A stretch of DNA of 64,000 nucleotides, taken from positions 40,736,001-40,800,000 of the forward strand of contig NC_045697.1 of the NCBI RefSeq assembly GCF_009834535.1. Reading direction: 5' to 3'. The notes beneath the pieces are model-generated. The model was given only the letters and a program-made list of their open reading frames with translations, was not told the origin of the DNA and did no database searches. A program made the position numbers and the translations under genes. Positions 11,740 through 23,010 of the stretch are shown piece by piece. This DNA is from Camelus ferus (lineage: Eukaryota). The number at the start of each line of letters is the position of its first letter. Position 1 is the first letter of the stretch.

Positions 11740-13640
11740 TCTCTCATAACTCCTCTAAAATGGCAATGAAGGAAATGTTAAAAGGTATAAAGTCACAGGA
11801 TAAAAAAAGAAAAGGCTGTAACAGGGAAGAGAATATACAGAGCAGATGGGTAAGTGGTGAGTAGCAGTGGATCAGAGAACCCTGAAACCTAACCCCCAGA
11901 GGGGTAAACCTGAAAGAAACAAACTGACCTTTGCACTTAACTTTGAGGAAATTAAAGTAAACCAAGCAAATAAATATAATGATATCCTCAAAGACTTAAG
12001 ACACTGTATAAGAGATAAGATATATTTAGAACAAGAAAAATGTGCTATTTTATAAAAGGAACTTTTAGGAAACAAAAGGAGAAATCTTGGAAGCTAAACA
12101 TAATATTACAGGTATTAGAAATGCAATAAAAGTTTGAGAAGATAAAGCCAAGGAAATTTCGCAGAAATTAAAAGAAAGAGACAAAGAGGTTTAAAAGGAA
12201 AAGAGAAAAAGATTAGAAAACAGGAGAACCAGAGGAGTTCCAGAGAATAGAAGAAAGAGAGGAGGAATTAACAAAGAACAATTACCAAAAAATCCCCCTA
12301 TGTATTTAGTCATGAATTCATGTGTTCACTTTTCAGCGAGTACCTTCTATATACCAGACCCTGTGCTGGGTGATGAGAATTCAGCAGTAAACAGTAAAGC
12401 AGTAAAATTCTTGATCTCACAGAACTTACTCAGAAATGAAGGCTGTAATTTCTCTGGTAGAAAGAGCCCACTGAATATCATGTGTAATAAATAGAAAAGG
12501 TTGACAGTAAGGCACACCATGATGAATTTTCAGAACACTGGGGATGATGAAAAACTCCTAAAATCTCCCAGAAAGAGAAAATAGCTTATTTATTAAAAAA
12601 AAAAAGACTGTGAATTAAAAAAAAAAATTGGCTTCTCAACATTCACACTGGAAGATGAAAAACAATGAAACAATGTTTTCAGAATCCCAGGGGAAATTTT
12701 CTCCCCAGAATTAAATTCCCCGACCTAACTATTAATCAATGTAAGGGTAGAATATAGTCATTTTCAGACATTTCAAGGTTTCAGAAACTTTACCTATTGT
12801 GTATCCTTTCCTGGGAAGCTACAAAAAGAGGTTCTCCACACAATGGAAAGTAAACTAAAAAAAAAAAAAAAAAGATGTAAGATCTAAGAAATAGGAACTC
12901 CAACACAAAGGAGGTAAAGGAAATTCCAGGACAGGAGCTGGGTAGTAGACCTGGAGAGTAACCAATCCCAATGGGAACGGAAGGTAGGGCGCTTCAGGGG
13001 ATGGTTGTTTGCAGAAAAAGGAAGGGGAGGGGAGGGGACAGGGCGCGGGAGGGGGAGAAAAAGCAGGTAACTTGTCTGATATAGATGCATAATTTAGGAG
13101 GAGATTTACCCTGCTCTCAAGAGTTATGAATGAATAAAGAGTGGGTAGATAAACTAGTATCAACTATACTTTTTAAAAAAGTATTTAAAAAGGCAATTTT
13201 TAACTCTTAGGCGGGAAACTGTACAGGAAAGGAAATGTAATCATAGTATGATACATGGTTCACGTGTTAATAATGCTTACACAGCCATAATAATGTAAAT
13301 TCTCAATATTTATTTAATTTAAAAGGCTCATATGAGGATATTGGGAGGAAAGAGGGTGGGAGATTATGCAAGTTTAGAGAGAAGCTGTTGGAAGTGTAGG
13401 ATGGTTACTTTGTAGAATTGGGAATGTGTAAAACGGGAGGGAAAAAAAACTCAAGAAATAGTAGTATGAACACGTTATTTAGAAACATGGAAGGACATAC
13501 CTGAAGAGTAAATTGAAACAAATGTTTCTTCCAGTGAGAAGAAAGGTGGTGGGGATTTCTGTGGTAGCAAATGCTGGTTTTCATCACAAGCCTTATTAAA
13601 ATCTGAGTATATGTATTTCTCTCATAAAAATTTAAATTAT
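11740..13640 (+). mobile_element. HAL1 copy 2
   Basis: Same layout as copy 1: GAAGATAAAGCCAAGGAAATTTC, CACCATGATGAATTTTCAGAACACTGGGGAT, CTTCTCAACATTCACACTGGAAG, CCTGGGAAGCTAC..CTCCACACAATGGAAAGTAAAC, then a HAL1-type 3' region. Confidence 0.75.
12300..12430 (-). mobile_element. L2 3' tail inside HAL1 copy 2
   Basis: TTCAGCGAGTACCTTCTATATACCAGACCCTGTGCTGGGTGATGAGAATTCAGCAGTAAACA matches an antisense L2 tail. Confidence 0.65.
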
Positions 13641-16600
13641 AAGAAGGCAGGTAGTTAAAAATTGATGCTACTTAGAGGAGTTGTCAAAAAGTATGTAATA
13701 AAATATAAAAATAATTGCTCAATAAATCTATTTTCTTTAACAACAAAAAATGGACCTCTCTGGCCAGTTCAGGCACTCTTCTGAATCTTCTGAATCTGAA
13801 GGAAGGGCAAAGGAATAAGTCATCCATGCAAGTAAGTACTGGTCCAAGACTGTGGAATCAAAAGCAATCAGGAAGTGCCTAAAGCAATTTAGGCAGTGGG
13901 TCTACAGTAAATCATTAAGTAGGCATAAGGTTCTGATCTGCCTTCTGTTCCTCATTTCTACATGTGATGGCAGGCATGTTTGCAAGGAAACTCTGAGTCA
14001 TTTGGCAGCAGGATTAGTACTCATATTCTTTTTCCTTCTTAAAGAGGAAGTGGTATAAAATCCATGGTATCAAAAAAAAGAGAGAGAGAGAGAGAAGAAA
14101 CAATGTTAAATATTTATAAAGTATTAAAAACAAAGAGAGATGGGGGAGAAAGACAGAGAACAAGAGACAGCATGTGCATTAAACAGGATTTTCTGATTTG
14201 GCAATTTTTGTCATTTTATTATATAAAACGTGGACAAGTAACTCTTTGAAGCCCCATCTGGAATGGATTTACTACTGGACCAGAAAACTAACTCAGTAAA
14301 TTCTGTAAGTATTTGAAGTAAAAGAGTACTATTCTTTCCATTTCTTCATTTAAACTTTGATGAAATAAGTAAAACACAGAGATTCTCCAAGAAAGAGAAA
14401 TAATGGAATAAAGCAAAAGGACAGAACCTCCTTTCCTCCCCTCGATGATTAATGGTGCAAAGAAGAAAAGAATGTATTTTCTTATAATCCATTCTTACCC
14501 ATGTATCCTATTAATAGTTTGTCCTCCCTTTCACTTACTAAAATCATGCTTAACAGTGTGTATCAAATGGAAATTTTCTTTCAGAGCATATGTGGTGTCC
14601 TCCACGGGAGCAGGAGAGCTCCAGAGCTTCAGACTGCCTTTGTAGCAAGAAAGGGGAAACAGAAACAAGGTTGAAGTAGCCCTTCTTCTCCCTCCTCTTC
14701 TCTTACCTCTTCCTCCTGCTCCTTCTCCTTCCCTCCTCCTTCTTTTCAAACAATCTGCTTAAAGAGATAAGCAGGTTAGCAGGAATAAAGAGAATGGTGA
14801 AGGAGGAAGGCAGAGTGTATCTCAGCTTTGCTTGGCATCGCAACAGAGAAATACCAGCTAATTACACCAGCTGAAAGTCTTCATCAATTTAGAGTCTTAA
14901 AGAAAGGCGATGCAAGTAGAAAGCATTACCCAGTCACCCTTGTGAGTTTCTCTGTCTTAGGAGCCTGTCAAAATTATTCTAGCCTGTGCTGTTCGAAGCT
15001 CTTTGGCAACACCAACTTAAGAGATAGACTACAAAAGTAAAGATGAAATATTACCACCTCCCCAAATATAGCACTGTAAATAGTTCCTGCCACAATGAGA
15101 CCTTTCAAAAATCTATTTTTCTAGTGAAATGAAGTGAAAAAATTGGATTCACCAGAATTCCCTTCACGGAGAATACTGTATTTGTACAAAAGAAATGCCT
15201 CGTCAAACCTGTGTATGCTGATTACTGAGAAATTGAGGGAGTCTGAATATGGGTAGAAAGCCCTCTGTAAGACAAGAGAATGGATTTTCTGGTTGTTTCA
15301 GAACAGCAAGAGAGAGAAAAGGGAAGCAAAGAGGGGAGTGGGGTGGTGGAAGGAGGATGGCAAAAACCTACAATGTGACATCTTTTCGAGACCACCATCA
15401 ACATTCTTCATGCAGATCTGCAGGAAAAAAATCCTGAAAGGCTCGACGCTCATGAGTAGAAAATGGTGAATATCCAGATTTCATCTCCAGGATGTCACGG
15501 GACTGATCAGAGATTGCCTGAAGGGAAGGGGAATGGTGAACGCAGAGAGAAGTGTGAGGAACCAGGAGATCACCAGACCTCACAGACCATGATGTCAGGG
15601 CTTTGAGCCAACTTTAGCCAACTCTTTCAGAGTTCAGAGACCAGGTGTCCAAATGGCATAGAGGTGACAAGTTTTTTGTTTTATTTTGTTATTTTGTTTT
15701 TAAACCAATCCAGGCTGTTTGGAATTAAGGTAGAAAACTCAGTTTGATCTCAGATGAAATCATTTTAGAATCAGGTATGCCTCTCACTGTTATTACTGAA
15801 TTAGACACCTAGTGATGGGAAAGGCATAGACCCTAACAGAGCATAACCTCTGAGGGCCTTTGGAATTCAACAGTGTCACAGGGAAATTAGGGAAATTACT
15901 GAGATGGTGATTACAGGCCAGGGTGGGGAGAGTGAGAGTTAAGGGAGATATAATTGAAGAGAGAATGTTTCAGACAGAGACCTAGACTTACCCAGTGCCA
16001 CATGACCTTCTTGGAATGCAAAAGTCCAAGGAACTCCTGATGACATAGGGGGCTATATATTGATATTCACCCCAGCCCTTATCCTAATTTACCTACCTAA
16101 AAAGGATTTTCTAACTGAATGGCTTCTGTGGGGCTGAAGATCAGACAGATATGAAGAACTCTGGTCTAGACTGCATATTACCATTAATTGGAAACATTTA
16201 GAAGGGAGCAGAGACTTGAAGTTGTAAGGAGAACATACCACTGACATAGAGAAAGGATGGTAATTAACCCAATGTACAGGCTCCAGCCTTGGGAATTAGC
16301 ATGGACTCAAAGACGCCAGTGTATTTATATTGGTGACAAAATGCTGGCCAGAGTTCAAAAGAAAACTACGACCAGTCATATGCCAGTTTGGGGGCTATGC
16401 ACAGATGGGGATTTGAAGAGTCCCCCATGTACATGTTAGTACTCAAAGGACTTTTGCTGTGAGAGTTGCAACAAGGTGGTAGGAAACACAATTTGGAAAA
16501 CAGGACCAGTTGGAAGGTATTACTCTAATAGCAATTTAAGCAAAAAATCAATGTAAGAAGCCAAGCTGAAGGACCTCCTCTCCTCCCCTAAACCAGGGTA

Positions 16601-17399
16601 AAGAGGTATACCACTTCAGATTTGGGAGCAGATGCAAAAGTAGCTCCCTTTCCCTTGTTCACCCTGGACCCTAGTGGCTAATTACACATACATGCATTAC
16701 ACCCTCACTAACCAATAAACGGTGTTCTAATATGCAGGTCATTTACCTAAGAAACCCACGTCTTCCCAAGTTTGATTCTTGGCTGTCTCTACATATTCAG
16801 CAGACTTGGGTCCCTGCTTCTGGTCTCTGCTCTGCCACTCTGTCCTAGCACAGGGCATTACTTACTTTGCACAGCTCTCCAGCAGAAGCATCTCCTACTG
16901 TCCTAGATGAGGACTCCACAGCCTTGGGGCCGGACCCAAGAGGTAAAGAGAGGGCATCCAGATGTAAATCAATATTTATAGGCTTAGAGGTTCAAATAGC
17001 AACATTCAATCAACATAAACAATATGTGAGATGTAACAGGTCTTTCCCCAAAGATAAAAGTCCACCTAAAACAAGAACACTGGGTACAAAAGATTCTAGA
17101 ATAGTCCCAATTTATGCCCAGCAAGTGTAATCACTTGAATCCTGGCCTTTTCGAACTTTTTTCTGTCCTTGAAAGTTTCAGGATCATGTCTAAAGAGTAC
17201 CTGGTATGACAAGCCAGATGGAGTAAAAGAGAAAGGAGGCTTTCCAAAGGCAGATTATGAAATCACTGTACTTGAATCAGCTGAAAAGCAATGATTTGAA
17301 AATTTCCTGACAGTTCTATTATGTAAAGGAGGTGACAAGGAGAATTGCTACTCAATGACAGACTCTGACCAATGGGGAAAAATTTGCTGGTGAGATAGA

Positions 17400-17780
17400 A
17401 ATGACAAGAATCTTGAGAGAAAGTTACATGTCAGTCAGTATTAGAAATATTTAGCATGAAGAGGCAAGGACTTATGAGGCACACAAATGCTATCTTTAGT
17501 GTTTGAAGGGCATCGATGTAGAAGAGAGATTTAGATTGTCTTATGTACCCCTGAAAAGTAAAATTGAGTCCAATGAATAGAAACCGCAGGGTAATAGATT
17601 TCAGTTACTAGAGAGAAATAACTTTCAAAAATAGTGCTATTCAAAGATTTGATAACTATAATCACCAGTGCCACCTTTTGGGCATTTTGTTTTGTTTTTA
17701 ATCTCATATTATACAAAAGTAGAGAAAGTAACTAGTAAAGATGGGACGTTCTCTGTTGCTAGGGGTGTCCAAGCCCTAGC
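17400..17780 (+). mobile_element. L3/CR1 LINE 3' fragment
   Basis: TATTTAGCATGAAGAGGCAAGGACT..TTTGAAGGGCATCGATGTAGAAGAGAGATTTAGATTGT..AGATTTCAGTT..AACTTTCAAAAATAG resembles the CR1/L3 3' region. Confidence 0.6.
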
Positions 17781-17824
17781 CTTGTGGTCAGCCTTGTGGT
17801 CAGAATTGGTCCTATAAGCATTGG

Positions 17825-18200
17825 GATACTTAGTTACTTATTGGTACATAATGAACCACTCCAAAGTTTAATGGCTTCCAACAAAGATATTTGCTTAGCT
17901 CATGAGTCTGTGGGTGGGCACTTCGAGGTAAGTTTAGATGGACAATTCTGATCCCAGCTAAGTTCACTCATGGGTTTATCCAGCAGAGAGGAGGGTAGCA
18001 AGAGACTGAGAAGCGTAGAAAGCACTGGCATACCATCACTGCATCCCACTGGCCAAAGCAAGTCACAAGCTCAACCAAGACTCGAGGAGAGAGGACACAG
18101 ACTTCACCTCCTGAAGGGAGGAGTTCAAAAGCCATATTGTAAGGGGCCTGGCTACAGGGAAGTTGAAGGACTGTGGTGACTTTCACAATCTTGTACAAAA
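17825..18200 (-). mobile_element. MLT1F/G-like MaLR LTR
   Basis: AACCACTCCAAAGTTTAATGGCTT..GCTCATGAGTCTGTGGG..CTGGCCAAAGCAAGTCACAAG..CACAGACTTCACCTCCTGAAGGGAGGAG. Confidence 0.75.
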
Positions 18201-18334
18201 AGTCACTCAAGGATCTTTAGCAGAGGAATGATGTCATCAAATAAGTGTTCTAGAATGATCGTTCGGGCAATATGTTGAGAGCCACTGCTTTAACATCCCT
18301 GAAATTATACTGCAGAAAGCACACAAGTTATATA

Positions 18335-19379
18335 CAGTCTTCACTTCGCATGGTTCTGATATTCACAAAATTCAGTTACCACAGTGTAGTTAAATAACAC
18401 CATCCCCCAACAACATAGTTCCAATCTCTGTTACTGTGGTATAGGAACTGAGTAATTATGTCAAATATCAACTTCACTGCTTGCTCTTTAGTCCACAAAT
18501 CACTATGTTAATAACAGATGCACACAAGATCAATGACCAGTCATGTCACTCCTTTCAAAGGAATGACTAGTCACACTGTCAGTGACTGGTCACTGCACAT
18601 CTGGAATTCAGTTCACACACAGACAGCAAAAACGCAGTTGTGTGGTCCCCTCTTGTATCCCAGTGATAAATCCCCATGAAATTTTACAAAAATGGATCAT
18701 CAAAAGAGGGAATTGGTCAAGAAAAATGAAGGTACATCAAAGAAATAAAAAATGGTATCACTAAATATAAAACTCAAACCAAACATAAAATGAGTTATAA
18801 AGAAAGAGTGGACCATGGGAATGTTGACATTACATTTGCAGCCAGAGAAACTTAGTGAAGACAAACTAACCAACAAAAATGAGAAAAGCAGTTGTAACAA
18901 AAAGGATAAAGATGTCCCAGGGGAAATGACAATAGTAAAAAACTTTTCATCAAAGCAACCCTTGGAGATATTTTACAACATTGATGGCACAAAGGATGAA
19001 ATATTGGGAGCTGATTCAGACTTAGAAAGGAGTATGAGAGTCAGCCAAAGTACAGAAAAGACGCTCACTTGGTATCATAAGTTATGATAAGAAGGCAAGC
19101 ACTATTCAAACTACTTGTGGCAAGTTTCTTACAAATAAACATTTAAATTCTCAATGTGTCTCATGTTTTAAATTACAGTCTACTAAATAAATATTAGTTT
19201 TACTATTTTTTCACTTTCTTATATATACATTCATAACCAACAGTGAAGCAGTTTTTAATATTTTGGCAGAAGGTCACAGAACAAGTGTAATTATTCCCAT
19301 TGATGATGAAGATTGCTTTGCATGATTTGAGCAAGCCTAGTCATTTTCATGGACCCATGGTACTAAGCGGAGAGGACTG
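18335..19379 (+). mobile_element. Tigger-family (TcMar) internally deleted DNA transposon
   Basis: TA-preceded TIR CAGTCTTCACTTCGC and reverse TIR GCGGAGAGGACTG. Contains remnants of the transposase N-terminus (about 18692-18780) and C-terminus (ORF 18815-19087, ...DSDLERSMRV...YHKL). Confidence 0.75.
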
Positions 19380-19507
19380 CTTCTTCAAGAAACTTCCTTC
19401 TTAGTCCATGAGATTGTTTTTTATAGTTACTAGATCTGGAATTTGGGGGGTGTAGTAATTGTAATTAATAAACAAAAAAAAATGAGATGTTAGGAAAACA
19501 AATTGGG

Positions 19508-20723
19508 ATTTTTTTGTGTATATATATACATATTTTATTGGAGTATAGTCCGTTTACAATGTTGTGTCAATTTCTGATGTACAGCACAATGATTCAGTCA
19601 TACATGAACATACATATATTCGTTTTCACATTCTTTTCACCATAAATTACTACAAGATATTGAATATAGTTCCCTGTGCTATACAGTTTGAAGTTGTTGT
19701 TTATCTAATTTACATGTATTAGTTAGTCTCTGCAAATCTTTTTTTTTATTGAGTTATAGTCAGTTCACAATGTTGTGTCAATTTCTAGTGTAGAGCATAA
19801 TTTTTCAGTTATACAAGAATATACTTATATTCACTGTCACATTGTTTTTTGCTGTGAGCTACCACAAGATCTTGTATATATTTACCTGTGCTATACAATA
19901 CAATCTTGTTTATTTATTCTACATATGCCTGTCAGTATCAACAAATTTCAAACTCCCAGTCTGTCCCTTCCCACCCGCCTCCCCCCTGGCAACCACATGT
20001 TTGTATTCTATGTCTATGAGTCTGTTTCTCTTTTGTATTTATGTTCTTCTTTCTTTTTTTTTTTTTAGATTCCACATATGAGCGATCTCATATGGTATTT
20101 TTCTTTCTCTTTCTGGCTTACTTCACTTAGAATGACATTCTCCAGGGACATCCATGTTGCTGCAAATGGCGTTATGTTGTCATTTTTATGGCTGAATAGT
20201 ATTCCATTGTATAAATATACCACCACTTCTTTATCCAGTCATCTGTTGATGGACATTTAGGCTGTTTCCATGTCTTGGCTATTGTAAATAGTGCTGCTAT
20301 GAACATTGGGGTACAGGTGTCATTTTGAAGTAGGGTTCCTTCTGGATATATGCCCAGGAGTGGGATAACTGGGTCATATGGTAAGTCTATTCCTAGTCTT
20401 TTGAGGAATCTCCACACTGTTTTCCACAGTGGCTACACCAAACTGCATTCCCACCAGCAGTGTAGGAGGGTTCCCTTTTCTCCACAGCCTCTCCAGCATT
20501 TGTCATTTGTGGATTTTTGAATGACGGCCATTCTGACTGGTGTGAGGTGATACCTCATTGTAGTTTTGATTTGCATTTCTCTGATAATTAGTGATATTGA
20601 GCATTTTTTCATGTGCCTATTGATCATTTGTATTTCTTCCTTGGAGACTTGCTTGTTTAGGTCTTCTGCCCATTTTTGGAATTATCTACAAATCTTAAAC
20701 TCCCAATTCATCCCTTCCCACCC
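19508..20723 (-). mobile_element. Short L1 3' end (outer element), split by a younger L1
   Basis: L1 3' end at about 19532-19740 resumes at 20697-20723 (AAACTCCCAATTCATCCCTTCCCACCC); TSD CAAATTGGG at 19499-19507 and 20724-20732. Confidence 0.8.
19741..20684 (-). mobile_element. Younger lineage-specific L1 (3'UTR plus ORF2 C-terminus)
   Basis: Poly-T then L1 3'UTR. ORF2 peptides [39 protein letters not shown] and [46 protein letters not shown] (19729-19740) / TCTACAAATCTT (20685-20696). Confidence 0.95.
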
Positions 20724-21729
20724 CAAATTGGGTTTTAATAAATAAAAATATTTTAAAATTAGAATATATCCTATGGCTTTAAAAAAAAAATTAAACTGCT
20801 TTAAGATCTAGTAAAATGCTCCTGGAAGAAAAACTGGAATATGCTTTTTCATAAACATTACTTCAGAGCCAATGATAATGATGCATAATGAGCAACAAGC
20901 AGATCTTTATCAACAATGAAAGTTTCTTCAACAGCTATGACTCCTCATGGTCTCGGTCTGGGTCAAGGGGTGGTGACTCTCCATACCAAAGCAGGAGTTC
21001 CCCACACAACTTCTCTCCTTTCATACCCTACTGAGACAGGTGATGGGAATATTTTTCTTTATTTTTTAGGTGAACTGAGCTGCTTTGTGCTCAGAATCTA
21101 CATTCCAGATCGATGATTTTGTGTCTTAGGAAATTTTTTTTTAATGTTTAAAAGAAATAAAACTACATGATTTCTACCAGGAAAAAAAAAAAAGAATAAA
21201 AGCTTCCTGCTACAAAATAAAAATCAGTTACAGCCTCATCTAAAATGAAAAGCTTCCAGTTTTAAAGGCATGCCAGTGTTTTGGGCGGCAGGGACTCACT
21301 GCCAATCTTGGAACCAGCATACTCTATTTGTTTTGGTCCCTCTGGTCATCTGAGCTAGAGGAATAAATAAAAATACCTCAAAGGCCACTTCTTCAGTAAA
21401 TCTCCTATGCCCCTATGGTTCAGTCCAAAAATGCTGGTGAAAAAAAAAACATTAAGGATGAACACAAAATTATGTGTCCAACAAAACAAGTTCACACACC
21501 AAAAAACCTTAAAAAAGATAAATGATTGAATCATAGCCCTCCTCTCCCACAATTAAATGGATCAAAATAACTCTCTTTGGGGAAAAAAAGAAGAAAATGG
21601 GAGAAATAGTGAAAATGCAAAAGTGGGCCTTGCATATGTTATAGCTATTTCTTCTGAAATTCTCTTCTTACTAAGTTACTGTGACAATCTAAATATAGAC
21701 TTGTTATAAGGAAATAATAAAACTGTCAT

Positions 21730-22625
21730 ACATATTTATTAAACAAATACCTATATAGCTTTTACCAAATGCCAGACACTGTGCTGAGCACTTTTTGAAT
21801 ATTCACTCTGGGAATCATCTCTTTTTCATGTTCTTTGTCATTATAGGTTATTATAAGCTATTGAATATAGTTCCCTGTGCTATACAGTAGGACCTTGTTG
21901 TTTATCTACTCTGTATACAGTAGTTTGTAGCTGCTAATCCCAAATTCCTAATTTATCCCTCCCCTACTCCTTTCCCCTTTGGTAACCAAAAGTTTATTTT
22001 CTATGTTTATGAGTCTGTTTCTGTTTTATGAATAAGTTCATTTGTGTCCTCTTTTTTAAATTCCACATATAAGTGATATCATATGATATTTGTCTTTCTC
22101 TGTCTAATTTACTTCACTTAGTATAATAATCTCCAGGTCTATCCATGTTACTTCAAATGGCATTATTTCATTCCTCTTTATGGCTGAGTGTATGTGTGTA
22201 TATATATACACACATACCACAACTTTTTGTCCAGTCATCTGTTGATGGACATTTAGGTTGCTTCCATGTCTTGGCTATTGCAAATAGTGCTGCTGTGAAC
22301 ATTGGGGTGCAATATCTTTTTGAACTGGAGTTTTCTCTGGATATATGCCCAGGAGTGGTATTGCTGGATCATCTGTAAGTCTATTTTTAGTTTTTTCCAT
22401 GCTGTTTTCCATAATGGCTAGACCAAATTACATTCCCACCAACAGTGGAGGAGGGTTCACTCTGGGAATCATCGCAACAACTTTGAGGTATTTTTATTTA
22501 CTTCATTATGGAAGAAACTGAGGCACAGAGATGTTAAGAAACTTGCCCAATATCACATTACTAGTGTAGTGAAGCTGAAATTTGAACCCAGGTAGACTAT
22601 GTTCTTTTTTTCACTATACTATGAC
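21730..22625 (-). mobile_element. MIR split by an L1 insertion
   Basis: ATGCCAGACACTGTGCTGAGCACTTT on the left; GAAGAAACTGAGGCACAGAGATGTTAAGAAACTTGCCCAA..TTTGAACCCAGG on the right. Confidence 0.8.
21820..22455 (-). mobile_element. L1 3' fragment lacking its terminal 3'UTR and poly(A)
   Basis: L1 3'UTR/ORF2-end motifs; perfect 18-bp TSD TTCACTCTGGGAATCATC at 21802-21819 and 22456-22473. Confidence 0.9.
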
Positions 22626-22894
22626 ATGCGGTAAATTTTTTCCACCCAGCAGTTTAGTTTGGAAAGCATTATCCTCTTTACTCATTTATAGGAACTTGGA
22701 TCTGATTCCTAACCTATGATTTTCATTCAGTTTAATGGTCTATGAACTTTCAGTGAAATCACATTGTATATAAGGAAGAGATGTATCTTTCTTTCTTGAA
22801 AAGACAGAGGCCTATTTTTATAAAGTGACAGCCTTTGAAGAAATAATTATAGTTACCTGCTTCTAGTATTACTATATGCCAGGCAATGTGCTAA

Positions 22895-23010
22895 TACATA
22901 TATAAATTCCTTTTCAAAATCTTTTTCATTGTAGGTTATTACAAGGTATTGAATACAGTTCATTATGCTGTACAGTAGGACCTTGTTGTTTACCTATTTT
23001 GTATACATAT
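22895..23010 (-). mobile_element. Short L1 3'UTR fragment
   Basis: GGTTATTACAAGGTATTGAATACAGTTC..GTACAGTAGGACCTTGTTGTTTACCTATTTTGTATA, same family as the element at 21820. Confidence 0.75.

Noticed and set aside
15404..15430. Palindrome as a possible miRNA hairpin
   Set aside because: The stem is too short, has no loop, and matches no miRNA I recognise.
18815..19087. 90-aa ORF as a possible domesticated Tigger gene
   Set aside because: Only the transposase C-terminal remnant of an internally deleted element; no DDE domain, and the N-terminal part has stops.
20172..20627. ORF2-like peptides here and at 31643, 38464, 58462 and 60114
   Set aside because: Truncated, disrupted L1 fragments; no autonomous L1 in the window.
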